Made by a program: the position numbers and the translations under genes. A model generated the notes under the pieces. That model was not told where the DNA came from. It worked only from the letters and a program-made list of their open reading frames with translations, and searched no databases. A stretch of DNA of 64,000 nucleotides from Stegostoma tigrinum (taxonomy: Eukaryota), in NCBI RefSeq assembly GCF_030684315.1, contig NC_081357.1, forward strand, positions 22,057,204 to 22,121,203, read 5' to 3'. Shown here in pieces: positions 28,150 to 38,748 of the stretch. Within the stretch, counting starts at the first letter, position 1. Every line of letters begins with the position of its first letter.

Positions 28150-28630
28150 AAAGACATGACCAATATTCACTCATCTCAATCCACATCAACAAGGAGAGCC
28201 ACGATTTTGACTGGGACAACACCAAGATCCTGGGACAGGCTAGATAGAGACAGGCAACAGGAATTCCTGGAAGCATGGCACTCCACGAAGCATGCTATCA
28301 ATGAACACACTGAACTCAACCCCATATACATTCCACTACCAAGGAAAGCTGGAAGTGAGGCAATCCATCTCAATGGACCCCAGAGTTTAAAACCAGGTAG
28401 GAAGGGTTTAGGCCAGAAACGTCAGCTTTTGTGCTCCCGAGATGCTGCTTGGCCTGCTGTGTTCATCCAGCTCCACACTTTGTTATCTAGGAAAACATAC
28501 CGAAGCTTCATCAGAAGCTGCACTGAGGATGTTACAAAGTATGGTAACGAAACATCCACAAAACAACAAACCAGCTCGGCAAGCCAACCAACTTCAACAC
28601 CCACAACCCGAGCTACAGATCTACTTCAAA
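28150..28630 (+). mobile_element. 3' fragment of a second Penelope-like family (Penelope/Poseidon-type endonuclease C-terminus), interrupted by a solo unit of the first family at about 28401-28489
   Basis: HDQYSLISIHINKESHDFDWDNTKIL.. EFLEAWHS..AINEHTELNPIY. It has its own hammerhead-like core at 28523-28556: CTGAGGA-t-GTTAC..GTAAC-GAAAC-ATC. Confidence 0.85.
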
Positions 28631-28631
28631 A

Positions 28632-31565
28632 CCTTACTTGGTCTGGCCTACATGGGGCTCCAGGCTCTCAGCAATGTGGTTGACGCTTAAAGTAAGAACT
28701 GCCAATGCTGGAGTCTGAGATAACAGTATGGAGTTGGAGGAAGACAACAGGCCAGGCAGCATCAGAGGAGCAGAAAAACTGACATTTTGAGTCAGGATCC
28801 TTCTTCAGAAAATCTCTTAACTGGACTCTTAACTACCCTCTGAAATGGCCTAGCTAGCATTTTGGTTGCATCAAACCACAATGAGTTCTCAAACAAAGAA
28901 AATTAAAATTAGATGGCCCTCCTGGCATCAACCTAGCCATCTTTACAACCACAGCAAACACAGCCCCGTAGACCTGGCAAAGTCTTCCTCACAAACATCT
29001 AGGGGCTGGTACCAAACTGGGGAGGGGGTCTCACAGATGAGTCAAGCAACATCCTGGGAGTCTTCAGCATGGACTTGGTGCCGCAGAGTCTCACATCAGG
29101 TCAAACACAGGCAAGGAAACCTCCTGCTAATTATCTCCCAGCTAATGAATCAGTAATCTCCATGTTGAACACTACTTGGAGGAAACACTTGAGGTGAGAA
29201 TACAGATTATAGTCTGGGTGGGGAGCCTCAGCCTTCGGCACTAAGATTGATTCACCACTGAATGAGTCGGTCACATCTTAAAGAGATACAGAGTGGGCTT
29301 GCAACAGGTGGTGAAAAGCCCCCACCAATCTGCCTCTGTCAGGATAGATAAGAACGATCATTGCTCTGTCCTTGTGTAGATCAAGTGGCGGCTTCACATT
29401 TAGGAAACCCTACATAGTGTTATGTGGTACTGTGCTAAATTGGATAGACATCAAACAACTCACAAATGGGTATCCATGAAGTGCCATGGGCCAAAAGCAG
29501 CAGAATTATACTGAAAAACAAAGTGCAACACAAAGCAGACATAGCCCTTGCTTTACCAAAACGATCAAGCCAGGTGTTCAATAGTACAGGCCCTTCGGCC
29601 CTCGATGTTGTGCCGACCTGTCAAACCGATCTCAAGCCCATCTAACCTACACTATTCCATGTACGTCCATATGCTTGTCCAATGATGACTTAAATGTACC
29701 TAAAGTTGGCGAATCTACTACCATTGCAGGCAAAGCATTCCATTCCCTTACTACTCTCTGAGTAAAGAAACTACCTCTGATATCTGTCCCATATTTTTCA
29801 CCCCTCAATCTAAAGCTGTGCCCCCTCGTGCTCGCCGTCACCATCCTAGGAAAAAGGCTCTCCCTATACACCCTATCTAACCCTCTGATTATTTTATATG
29901 TTTCAATTAAGTCACCTCTCAACCTTCTTCTCTCTAATGAAAACAGCCTCAAGTCCCTCAGCCTTTCCTCCTCGTGAGACCTTCCCTCCATACCAGGCAA
30001 CATCCTAGTAAATCTCCTCTGCACCCTTTCCAAAGCTTCCACATCCTTCTTATAATGCGGTGATCAGAACTGTACACAATACACCAAGTGTGGCCGCACC
30101 AGAGTTTTGTACAGCTTCACCATAACCTCTTGGTTCCGGAACTCGATGCCCCTATTAATAAAAGCTAAAACACTGTATGCCTTCTTAACAGCCCTGTCAA
30201 CCTGGGTGGCAACTTTCAAGGATCTGTGTACACGGACACCGAGATCTCTCTGCTCATCTACACTGCTAAGAATCTTACCATTAGCCCTGTACTTTGCCTT
30301 CCGGTTACTCCTACCAAAAGTTGAAGGAGCAGCAGCAGGCGTACCCAAGACAGGTGTCAACCTACATCTCAGGATGTACTTCACAGGACAACTTGCATGT
30401 CAAACAGTTTAAACATGAGAGATAATCAGGGCTAATTGTTTCCATATCAGTGGATCAGAAAGTAAGGTCTGCGGTCCTGCCATATACAGTTGCAAATGAT
30501 GGTGAACAATCAAATGACTCACTTAGGGAGGTTCCACAAATATCCCTATCCTCAAAATGATGAGGAGCACACCAGATCAGTGCAAAGAGAAGGTGGAGGC
30601 ATTTGCAACTATCCTCTGTCAGAAGTGCCGAGGTAACGATCCATCTCGGCCTTCTTCAGAAGTCCCTAGCATCACAGATATTAGTCTTCAGCTAATTCGA
30701 TTTACGCCATGTGATAAAATTACAACTGAAAGCTCTGGATACAGCAAACACAGCAGGCCTTGACAACATTTCGAAGACATGTGTTCCAGGACTTGACCCA
30801 CCTCTGGGCCAAGCTGTTCCAGTAGAGCTACAATAATGGATCTACTCAACAATGTGGAAAATTGTTCAGAAGTGTCCCATCTCCAACAAAAGAGAATCGA
30901 AGTTCTCTTGGCATTCAACAGCTTTACCATCACTGAATCAAATCTGTATCATCACTATTCTGTGGGATATCACTAACCAGAAACTGAACTGCTCAGATAA
31001 ATGCTATGACTTTAACAGCAAATCAGAGTCCAGGAACCCTGCAGCGAGTACCTCATTTCCTGACTCCTCAAATTCTGTCCAACATTTACAAGGCACAAGT
31101 CAGGAGTGTGATGGAGGACTCCCCACTTGCCTGGATGAGTGCAACTCCAACAACACAAAAAACTTGGCAGCTTTCAGGACAAAGCAGCCCACTTGATTGA
31201 ATTTTTTAAATTGGATGTTGTATCACTCCTCCTATCCTCCCAAAACCCACTAGTGGCAGTGTGTACTGAAGAAGTTCACCAAAGCTCCTTACTGCCTCCG
31301 GACCCAAGACCACTACCATCTAGAAGGACAAGGGCAGCAGATACATGAGAACACTGCCAGCCTTAAGTTTCCCTCCAACTTACACACTATCCTGTCTTGG
31401 GAATACACTGGTGCTGCTCAGGTGTCACTTGGTCAAAATACCAGAACCCCTCCCGAACAACTTTGTGGGATCATTAAACTGATGACTACAGAAGTTCAAA
31501 TAGACAGGTCACCACCACTTTCTCTGGGGCATCCAGCACTGGCCAATAAATAATAGCCCATATCC
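28632..31565 (+). mobile_element. Decayed long copy of a second LINE family (CR1/L2 group): 5' UTR, APE start, RT remnants, 3' tail; split by the CR1 at 29582-30318 and a Penelope unit at 28693-28812
   Basis: NI*GLVPNW (APE N-terminus-like), KVEAFATILCQKC, MWKIVQKCP, YKAQVRSVMEDSPLAWMSA. Confidence 0.75.
29582..30318 (-). mobile_element. CR1 (HER1-like) LINE 3' fragment, relatively young
   Basis: ORFs 29647..30042 and 30064..30384: LVRPHLVYCVQF, ALERVQRRFTRMLPG, FFTQRVVREWNALP. Confidence 0.93.
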
Positions 31566-32241
31566 CATTTAGCAGCAAAAATATCATGGGTAATTGTACC
31601 TCAATGGGATGCAGTACCTTCAGTTCTGATGATTCTCCTCTCTCTTATGGCACCAATATGCCAGAGATACAGTCAATGCTCTTTAATTCAAGGTCAGTCA
31701 TTTACAAGTACGTACATTTATTACATGTAGTAAATGTAATAAGAGATAGAGAAATTCCACCTTTCTGTTCTTTCTAGTTGAAAGCAGGATGGTGCAGTGC
31801 AGATTTTTGATAACAGAGAAAAAAATGGAGATCTGGGATGCATTGCACATCATGAAGTAAGCATTTGTTTTTCGACTACTTAACACCCATAACATGCTGA
31901 GCTGGCTCAGTTTCAATATATTAAGTGCTGCCAAAAACATAGGTGAATGTAAGTTCTCAAAATAAACACAATCACTGTAAGAAAACAAAAAACAAGGCAG
32001 TGATTTGAAGAATCAACTGCCTATCTTTGTGGGAGACATCGAAACAGAATATATCTGCACACTGAAAAAAAATCTTAGTCTCGACCACAATGCCCACATA
32101 AATTATAGCTGGGTGACATTATGGGAATGGGGGCGGGGGATTTAATTATTTCCAGGAAAGTTACATACATTAGACAGTTCCACCTCTGGCACTTCAGAGT
32201 TTTCTTGAAAAGGTACTCAAATCAATCTAATCAATAATAGT

Positions 32242-32463
32242 AATAAAATGTGAGCCTGGATGAACACAGCAGGCCCAGCAGCATCTCAGGAGCACAAAAG
32301 CTGACATTTCGGGCCTAGGCCCTTCATCAGTATTGTCTGAAGAAGGGTCTAGGCCCAAAACGTCAGCTTTTGTGCTCCTCAGGTGCTGCTGGGCCTGCTG
32401 TGTTCATCCAGGCTCACATTTTATTATCTTGGATTCTCCAGCATCTGCAGTTCCCATTATCAT
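32242..32463. mobile_element. Palindromic mini-element: two inverted Penelope 3'-repeat arms (~90 bp), 6-bp spacer, tail on the right arm only
   Basis: Arms 32242-32330 and 32337-32426. TSD taatcaataatagt (32228-32241) / taatcattaatagt (32464-32477). Confidence 0.9.
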
Positions 32464-35400
32464 TAATCATTAATAGTGATTTTTTTTATTTTTAAGAACT
32501 GATTTTGACTTTATAAGAATCTTTAGAGCAAGTCCAAGTGTCTGCTGTGCCCAGTGGGATAAAGGCTTCACTATAAATACATATTAAATGATGCTTTCTG
32601 TTTTTGTTCAGCATCAATGGCAGAAACAGCATCTGAACCAAGAAGCTGAGCCTACTAATTGTTTCTTCCCCCCACCGCCACCCCCCCGCCCCGGCCCCAA
32701 ACCATGATGTTGCAGCTTCTATCCAAAACAGGAGGAAATGAAGTCAATTGTTAAAAGGCCGAAATGAGCTTCTGGAGGAAAGTACAGCAGAAATTTGCCA
32801 AGTTAAATTGATACAGGCAACAAGAATTGCTTTACTGAATCCGCCAAAGATTTCAAAGTGGATTTTCCAGCAGTTACTGCATTGGAACACAAATGTCATT
32901 GAGAGTTAACCTGACAAGTTTTATTAGCCATTGTCTCAGTATTTAGATTCTCAATTAAGTCAGCAAATTGTGGGTTTAAGTCTTACTTTATCTATATTTT
33001 GTGTTAATGTTTCCAAACACACTACTGATGGAGCTGTCACACACTGAGTTTGATGTTAAAGGAAATCTCTGTCCTCAAAAAGTTTCCACAGCCCTATTTA
33101 AGGACAAGTTGGAATAATCTGGACAATACTGATCTTTCAGCTTAGCTAGACATCATGTCAGAGCTGTTTAAGACACTTAGTGTGCAAGGTACCTGAGCTT
33201 TAATTATATTAGGGCAGGCAAAAAGGACTATTGAGATATGCAATGCTTTAAGCCATCAACGAATTGAATCCCAAGGTACTGTTTAGCATGGTCAGATGAT
33301 TAAAAGCCATTGGATGAATAGCTCAGATATACATCATGACTGAAATGTTAAAGACTTTAAGGTCCAAACCTGTTCCAGAAAAGCTATGAAACAGGTACCC
33401 GTCCAACAAAAAGCAGGGCTAAGCCAAACAGGCCAATTACTACAATGGGCACAGACATACTAACCTTTAAATACACACAGACCAAGTCACTGAAATCACG
33501 TTCATTTAATCTCTTCATTGCCACCATTCTTCCTCTTGTCAAGAGAAAGCTTCCTAGTGGTGTGGATATTATCTACAGGATGGGCAGAAAGTTTTTCAAC
33601 CTCAACCAGTTGAAATCTGAGAAAAAAAACACTGACTTCAGTTCCGTATTAGGGGAGGCGATAATTTAGTGCTATTATTGTGGGACTGCTAATCCAGAGA
33701 CTCAGGTAATGTTCTGAGGACCCGGGTTAAAACCCTGCTACATTCGATGGTGGAATTTGAATTCAATGAAAACCTAGTCTAATGATGACCAAGTATTCAT
33801 CATTGTTTGTCAGAAAAAAAACTATATGGTTCACAAATGTCCTTTAGGAAAAGTAATCTGCCTTTAAAAAGGAAGGCATTTCCTTATTAACCTCCAAGCA
33901 GTGAATTTATTCAAGATCCCGCTCAAGAACAAATGTGAAAGAAGACATGTCAATGACACCAGATGTTCAGTAATAATTTGTTGATATAAAAATTTAAATG
34001 TTTTTATCTACTAATTTGGTAATGAACTGCTGTTCCACACAAATTGTACGAGATGATGATTATGGCACAGAGCAAACAAGTTCCCATAATTCTTTTTTAT
34101 ATTTACTCATAAGTAGTAAAAGCATACAGTAAATCATACGCTGAGTGGAGAATTAAAAGTGCTTAAAACATGACAATGAATCTGAAACTAATAATACCAA
34201 ATAAAATAGAGTATAGCAGAGAGTAAGGAAAAAGTTTAAGGAGATACCAAAACACAAATAAATAAAATTAACTAATCACAGGATTTTCTAGATAAACATT
34301 AAATAATTAAAAAGGTGTAGAAGTGATTAAATGAAGGCATTGATACTGAATATACAGTTTGCGTTTTTCAAATGGGAGAGCGAGATACTGGGAATGTAAA
34401 AGTAGACAGAAGATGGAGTATTTGGGCGTGATAGATATAGATAGGGAAATCATCCCAAATAACAAGATTTGTGTTCTTAAGCGCAGCTGCATTTTGCTTG
34501 TTGTTTGTTTTTCATTTCTATGGTAATGTTCCTGCACAAAAATCTATCACAAGCTTTAACCAGCTATCTGATTGGAGGTGGAGAGGTATGCTGACAGAGA
34601 ACAAGGGAGGGAAAGTTGCAAACTGTTCCTTCTGCAAGGATTTTTAAGGTATTAATTCAGGGAATGTGGGCATTGCTGGCTTGATCAGCATTCATTACTA
34701 TCCCTAATGGCCGTGAAAAGCTGCTGGTGGGCTGCCTTGTTGAATTGTTGCAATCCAGGTAGGGACAAGTTCCAGAAGTCTGACCCAGCAACAATGAGGT
34801 AACGATAATACAGGATAGGTAGATTCTCTCTTCTTGAAAATGGTTATTGCCTGGCACTTCTGCGGTAGCATGTTATTAGCCACTCGTCACCCCAAGCCTG
34901 AATATTGTCCAGGTCTTGCTGCTTTTGGGCATAAATTGCCTTGGTATCTGAGGAACTGTAAATAATACCAAACATTACGTGGCCACCGGACATCTGACCT
35001 TCCGATGAAGGGAAGGTCACTGACGATGTAGATGGTTGGGGCCGAGGACACTATCTACAGGAACTCCTGCAATGGTATCTTGCAACTGAGATGATTTATC
35101 CCCGCCTTCAACCATGCTTCTTTGTGCTAGGTACAAATACAAGTTGCATGCTGCCTCCTTATGATATCAAAAAAAGCGTTAGTTTGCACATCTACATTGA
35201 TGACATTCAACTGTACTTCTTTATCACCCCTCTCAACTCCTCTGCTGATCATATTTTGTTTGTCCATCATGCAGTACTAGATGACCAGAAATGACTTTTC
35301 CTTTCATTCCCACATCCCATGGATGAATACTGGCACGGCCGACTGGCCATCCCTAACTGCTTTTTGACTGAGCGACGTGTTAAGCTACCAAAATATTCGG

Positions 35401-35741
35401 CTGACAAAAAATAAATCAACAAACTCCATTCCCTGACTACTGACTCTAGCTGTTTCTTGGCAATTGTATGAGACTGAGCTAGTTTGTTTGCAACAGTGAG
35501 CTTCTGCCTATATGTTTGCACCAATCTTAGGGCCACTATTTCCATTAGAACTTCAAAAACTGGAAATCAGAGAAACCAGTTCTGAGGGTGGGCCATTGGA
35601 CCCAAAACATTAATTCTGATTTCTCTCCACAGAAGCTGCCAGCCCTACTGAGCATTTTTTCAGCAATTTCTATTTCAGTTTCCAATTTACAGCATCTGCT
35701 GTTCTTTCAGTGTTTAATGGAAAAAAATAAGGTCAGGTTAC

Positions 35742-35830
35742 CTGTGAAATGGACTAGCAGCGACAAATTATTAAACTGGAGAGACGAATACTGAAGAAAT
35801 CTTAATACACTACTGATTTGTGGCAAAGTG
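35742..35830 (-). CDS. MRPS5: Candidate MRPS5 exon 2 (TLPQISSVLRFLQYSSLQFNNLSLLVHFT-G)
   Basis: Acceptor ttatgcttttag|, donor ACAG|gtaacc. The 89-nt exon has an open frame ending in phase 1, in frame with exon 3. This is the poorly conserved presequence region, so I have no homology support. Confidence 0.55.
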
Positions 35831-36064
35831 CTAAAAGCATAAATAATTGAAATCTAGGAATTCAAATTACTTCCTTTTTAAAAAAAAACAGGAAAACAAA
35901 TTGCTATGATTAAGAGAAACCACACTTCAGGTTTCACAATAAGAATCAGAAAAGTGACAAAAACCAGAGGAAGAGCCCACAGAAACAGTTTAACTCTACT
36001 TCTGAATGAGAGGGGGTTATTCAGTCCAATGTTGGTCTCTTCACACACTACTGTACAGAACCTA

Positions 36065-36622
36065 GAGATAGCAAGAATTGCAGATGATGGACGCTAAGAT
36101 AACAGGGTAGAGTTGGACGAACACAGCAGGCCAAGCAGCTGAGGAGCAGGAAAGTTTCCGCCTTGGAAGCCGACAGCTCAAAGTGGTCCAAAGATGATAA
36201 GGTATAGAGCTGGATGAACACAGCAGGCCAAGCGGCATTAGAGAAGCAGGAAAGCTGACATTTCGGGTCTGGACCCTTCTTCATAAGTGCTTTTCATTAA
36301 AAGGTGGGGAGGGGGTGTGAGGGATGAGTTGCGGGATATGGGAGAGATGCGGTCGAGTTTTTGACCACTGTGGAGGGGAAGTAGCGGGAAACAAGGACAT
36401 CTGGGATGTCTGGGAGTGGAATGCCTCATCGTCTCGACAGCAGATACAAAGGAATTGAGGAATAGGGGACAGCATTTTTGCAGGAAGGTGGGTGAGAAGA
36501 TTTCTGCATTTCCGAAGAAGGGTCCAAACCCGAAACGTTAGCTGTCCTGCTCCTCTGATGCTGCCTGGCCTGCTGTGTTCATTCAGCCCAACACCTTGTC
36601 ATCTGCAGTTCCCACCATCTCT
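36065..36622. mobile_element. Cluster of rearranged Penelope fragments in MRPS5 intron 1 (two reverse 3' repeats, a reverse thumb fragment, one forward 3' repeat)
   Basis: Direct similarity to 43680-43860 and 44820-44944. Confidence 0.8.
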
Positions 36623-36766
36623 GAATCAACGTGGACCGAACTGTTTGAGGGACAATGTATATAGACAACATTTTTGAAATCGATAAAGGAAATGGGGTGG
36701 GGGTGGGATAGCTATTCAGGCACATGTAGGAATTAAAATAAACCTTTACCTCTAAAACAAGAACAG

Positions 36767-36924
36767 NNNNNNNNNNNNNNNNNNNNNNNNNNNNNNNNNN
36801 NNNNNNNNNNNNNNNNNNNNNNNNNNNNNNNNNNNNNNNNNNNNNNNNNNNNNNNNNNNNNNNNNNNNNNNNNNNNNNNNNNNNNNNNNNNNNNNNNNNN
36901 NNNNNNNNNNNNNNNNNNNNNNNN
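36767..36924. other. Assembly gap (158 N) in MRPS5 intron 1
   Basis: Run of N at the edge of the CpG island. Confidence 1.
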
Positions 36925-37250
36925 NCACCGACCCCCGCCCCAACCCAACGGGGCACGGTCACCGACCTGTTCCCAGCCTGAGGCCCACGCTCAGGCTCCG
37001 CGCCGCCGCCGCCGCCGCCATGCCCTGCTGCGTTCACCGAGCGGGGCCCCTGCTCCTTCTCCCGGTGAACACGGTAAGTTTTCCCCACCCCGCCGCTCCC
37101 GGTGAACACAGTGAGGCGCTTCTTTCCCCCCGAGACCAGGCCGTGAGGCGGCACAAGAAGCCCGTTTCTTCAGGGACGGCCCCTCGCGACAGGCCTTAAA
37201 GGCGCCTGTCACTGCATCCGGTTAATAAATGTCCGGCAAAAACTTCAGGG
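36925..37250. promoter_or_regulatory. CpG island / MRPS5 promoter and 5' UTR
   Basis: The clearest non-repeat CpG-dense stretch in an otherwise CpG-depleted window. It surrounds the MRPS5 ATG and contains GC-box-like ccccgccc/ccccgcc sequences. Confidence 0.85.
36963..37021 (-). CDS. MRPS5: MRPS5 coding exon 1 (MAAAAAARSLSVGLRLGTG..., start of mitochondrial targeting peptide)
   Basis: ATG at 37021-37019 inside the CpG island. The peptide is Ala/Arg/Ser/Leu-rich with no acidic residues. Two candidate donors: AG|gtcggt (exon ends 36967, phase 1) or CG|gtgacc (ends 36963, phase 2, which matches the candidate exon 2). Confidence 0.75.
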
Positions 37251-37546
37251 AGAAATCTGACAGCTGTTTAATAAAATATAATCACCAGAGAAAGGGACAA
37301 ATTCCTCTTCATTCTCCACAAAGTCTGTCATTTTAATCGTGCACATCCATTCTGACTCATCTGAGATATTCTTTAGTTTTTAATTCAATTTGTTCTGACA
37401 TTCCACAATGGGATTTCATGGTTTTGTTTTTAAAGTTACATTTTCTCTTCAGTTCGTCCAGAGTTATCATTAGGCAGCTTTCAAACATGGGACACTTGAA
37501 TCTAAGCATCCTGGTTCAGACACCGGGTCAGCAGTCAGTAGAAATG

Positions 37547-37943
37547 CCAGCGGCCAGGGCTGGGACACCAGTGACCAGCGGCCAGAGCTGGGACACCGGC
37601 GACCAGCGGCCAGAGCTGGGACACCGGCAACAAGCGGCCAGAGCTGGGACACCGGCGACTAGTGGCCAGAGCAGGGACACCAGCGACTAGTGGCCAGACA
37701 GGGACACCAGCGACTAATGGCCAGAGCAGGGACATCGGCGACTAGTGGCCAGAGCAGGGACACCAGCGACTAATGGCCAGAGCAGGGACACCGGTGACTA
37801 GTGGCCAGAGCAGGGACACCAGCAACAAATGGCCAGAGCTGGGACACCAGTGACCAGCGGCCAGAGCTGGGACACCGGCGACTAATGGCCAGAGCAGGGA
37901 CACCAGCGACCAGCGGCCGGAGCAGGGACACCGGCGACCAGCA
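37547..37943. repeat. 28-bp minisatellite, about 14 copies (ccagcggccagagctgggacaccggcga)
   Basis: 28-nt period seen directly (e.g. gccagagctg at 37581 and 37609). Confidence 0.97.
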
Positions 37944-38227
37944 GCCCTGTAAAGAGCATAGTGGTAGCGGCCCGTTGCAGAGTTGGGGTAGGGGCCTGGT
38001 ACGGAGTGGGGTACTGGCCTGGTGGGGTTCTAGCCTGGTGTGGGAGTGTGGTGGCAGCCAGCAGTCAGACTTCATGGATGCCCCCTGCATTGGTCTGCTG
38101 CGTAGAACATTTGGAGAGAGACTGTGATGTTTATATTTCTAACTTTGCTTTTTGTTTTTTTCTGGACTATGGCCATGTAATGTAACTTTTTTCTTCATTT
38201 CTCTATTCTGCAACCAAGGATTCTACG

Positions 38228-38748
38228 GTTGCAGGGAATAGTGCCGGGTGTGGAGGGGAGTGTGGCGCAGGACAAGGGAGTCACAGAGAGAGTCACGAAG
38301 TTCCGCTATCTACAACCCACCCCAAAGACATTTTCCCCTCCCCACCCTTGTCTGCTTTCCGGAAGGACCACTCTCTCCGTGATTCCCTTGTTCGCTCCAC
38401 ACTTCCCTCCAGCCCCACAACACCCAGCACTTTTCCCTGCAACCGCAGGAAATGCTACACTTGGCCCTACACCTCCTCCCTCACCCCTATCCCAGGCCCC
38501 AAGAAGACTTTCCATATTAAGCAGAGGTTCACCTGCACATTTGCCAATGTGGTATACTGCATCCACTGTTCCCATTGTGGCATCCTCTATATCAGGGAAA
38601 CCAAGCGGAGGCTTGAGGACCGCTCTGCAGAACACCTATGCTCGATTTGCACTAAACAACTGCAGCTCCCAGTCGCGAACCACTTCGCGAAGTGTCTAGG
38701 TCCGAAACGTCAGCCTTCCTGCTCCTCTGATGCTGCTTGGCCTGCCAT
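38228..38748 (+). mobile_element. Penelope GIY-YIG fragment with a short inverted 5' piece (38228-38295) and a deletion to the 3' repeat
   Basis: ORF 38348..38761 contains CNRRKCYT..NVVYCIHCSHCGILYIRETKRRL. The first ~68 bp are the reverse complement of about 38370-38443. Confidence 0.9.

Noticed and set aside
36625-36752. Alternative MRPS5 exon after the acceptor-like ctgttcttgttttag next to the gap
   Set aside because: No good donor, no MRPS5-like peptide, and it runs into a Penelope fragment.
36579-37154. ORF with P-loop-like VFTGSGGVGKT, resembling a small GTPase
   Set aside because: Non-ATG start, lies over the MRPS5 5' UTR out of frame with the real ATG, has no further G-boxes and runs across an N gap. 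Chance match in GC-rich DNA.
37547-37943. CRISPR-like array (also considered for 61360-62190)
   Set aside because: Head-to-tail units with no unique spacers, no cas genes, and a vertebrate context.
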